From positions 174,721,727 through 174,785,726 of the forward strand of contig NC_068982.1 of the NCBI RefSeq assembly GCF_001194135.2: a DNA stretch of 64,000 bases. The letters run 5' to 3'. This DNA is from Octopus bimaculoides (lineage: Eukaryota). Under the pieces are notes generated by a model. That model saw only the letters and a program-made list of their open reading frames with translations, searched no databases and was not told the origin of the DNA. The position numbers and the translations under genes were made by a program. How positions within the stretch are numbered: position 1 is the stretch's first letter; each line of letters begins with the position of its first letter. Below, piece after piece: positions 62,380 through 64,000 of this stretch.

Positions 62380-63175
62380 CTCTGATGTAAACTTGATGTA
62401 AAAGAAAAATTCGGCAGCCATACTGCAAAAACATTAAAATTTGCAATGTCTACAAGAGGAAACAATATGTGACAACAAAGACAAAATAAGATCGAGAAGA
62501 GAAGCAGTTACTTCATTAAATCCCTAGAAATTTTGTAGATCTGATGGCCAAAGGGAAATGGCTCTTAAGTAGGTGGATCAACAGTCAGACAGGAAGTAAT
62601 GAGCTGATGAATGTTAATGCTCAAGGGAAAGCTAAAAGTTTGTATGATGATAGTGCCACTTCTAACAATTTCTAATGCAAAACTTATAATACTTCCAAAA
62701 ATTGTCTGATGTTTCTTGCAGGAGAAAATGCTACTGATGATATGAAATTAAAGTCCTTCCTTGTATATCACTTCCAAAACCTGATGTCTTTCAAGGATTA
62801 TTCCTAGTTTAATATAATTGTGATCTTGTTGGTTGGAGAACTTAGAGCACTTTTCAAGACTTTTTTTTTTGCCTTGCTGTTGAAAGGTACTGTACCATCC
62901 AGCTTACTTAAATGGTCTTTCTGATAAACTAAGGAGGATAAACTTTTAGTTAGAGATTTATAGAGAAGGTTCAATATTTTGGTTGCAGTGAATAACATTA
63001 CTGAGTCATGAGATGAAGTGAAATCCTCAGCTACGAATGGTGTTTGGCAAAACATATGGTCACATTGTATCTGTGATGTCATGGGTTTTTCAACAACAGA
63101 AAGTTCATATCAATTTCAGCAGGATATTGTGATACTGGTAAATGCTGTTGGATTTGAGGAATTCGAGAGATTTGT
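62380..63175 (+). mobile_element. Tigger/pogo-like transposase remnant
   Basis: LMFLAGENATDDMKLKSFLVYHFQN (compare GANAAGDFKLKPLLIYHSEN) and DEVKSSATNGVWQNIW. Confidence 0.7.
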
Positions 63176-63178
63176 CTA

Positions 63179-63343
63179 TAGGGCCATCTTTCCTTTAGAC
63201 AATCTTACCATTAGGGCTATCTTTCCTTTAGACAATCTTACCATTAGGGCTATCTTTCCTTTAGACAATCTTGCCATTAGGGCTATCTTTCCTTTAGCCA
63301 ATCTTACCAGTAGGGCTATCTTTTCCTTTAGACAATCTTACCA
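63179..63343. repeat. 33-bp minisatellite, 5 copies
   Basis: Unit tagggctatctttcctttagacaatcttaccat; it produces the repeated IRAIFPLDNLT peptide in the ORF track. Confidence 0.95.
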
Positions 63344-64000
63344 AGCAATTGAACTAAATGTCTCAGCATTTCCATTTGCTTCAATCATCTAGATTGTCCT
63401 TGGAGAATAATAATTGATCATGACAGTGTGCATAATAATTGCTATAATCTTAATAATAAAATAATAATAATCATTATTGGTGAGCTGGAAGACAAAATTT
63501 TTTGTGGCATTTCATCCATTTTTATGTCCTAAGCTGAAATTCTGTCAAGGTCAAGTTTGTCTTTCATTCCCAAGAGGGTTGATAAAATAAGTACCCACAT
63601 GAGCTCTGAGGTTCTTGTAATTGACTAGCCCCCTCTCCACACAATTTCAGGCTTGTGCTTATAGTAGAAAGGATTATTACTGTTGTTATAATGTTTTACT
63701 GTGGTAATTGTTCTTTTTTGATTGTGTGTATATCAGTGAGTAAATATATGCACACACACACACCTATGCAATACAATCCTCCAAAAGAAATGTAAAATAA
63801 CACAAAATATGACACCTGCTTTAAACAAACAAATATATAGTATAGATTCTGCAAGTTGAGTAATGTATAGACACTCTAGACTGTAATAGAATTAATGCTG
63901 ACCTACTTGCATTCAATTATTACTTGAAAATTAGTTAGCCATGGTGCATGTATGGTTTTGTGGTTAAGAAGGTCACTTCACAACTTAGTAGTTTCAGGTT

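Noticed and set aside
63018-63392. 124-aa ORF with repeated IRAIFPLDNLT, and a 33-bp array superficially like CRISPR
   Set aside because: Contiguous minisatellite units with no unique spacers and no cas genes; the ORF fuses a Tigger remnant with the repeat.

Overview
AT-rich, microsatellite-dense eukaryotic scaffold DNA with five N gaps; it looks like an octopus-type cephalopod genome, which is an inference from repeat content only. The main feature is the 3' half of a + strand gene encoding clathrin interactor 1 / epsinR (CLINT1). Nine coding exons join in frame through GT-AG junctions from 12654 to the stop at 54406, and a tenth, poly-Ala cassette exon is probable. The ENTH-domain exons were not found in the readable sequence and presumably lie upstream of the window or in the gap at 6793. 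The introns are full of mobile DNA: RTE and BovB-like LINE remnants, a CR1 tail, tRNA-derived SINEs, mariner, Tigger and Merlin remnants, hAT and piggyBac MITEs with TSDs, a Helentron-type HINE and a solo LTR. The most unusual observations are (1) a 316-bp inverted-repeat insertion with a 12-bp TSD carrying a minimal type-I hammerhead ribozyme fold (30163-30208, minus strand), (2) two near-identical copies of a second hammerhead-like motif, (3) several frame-preserving microexon or cassette candidates, and (4) several long fold-back hairpins close to exons. No prokaryotic-type system, CRISPR array or true rRNA/tRNA gene was seen.
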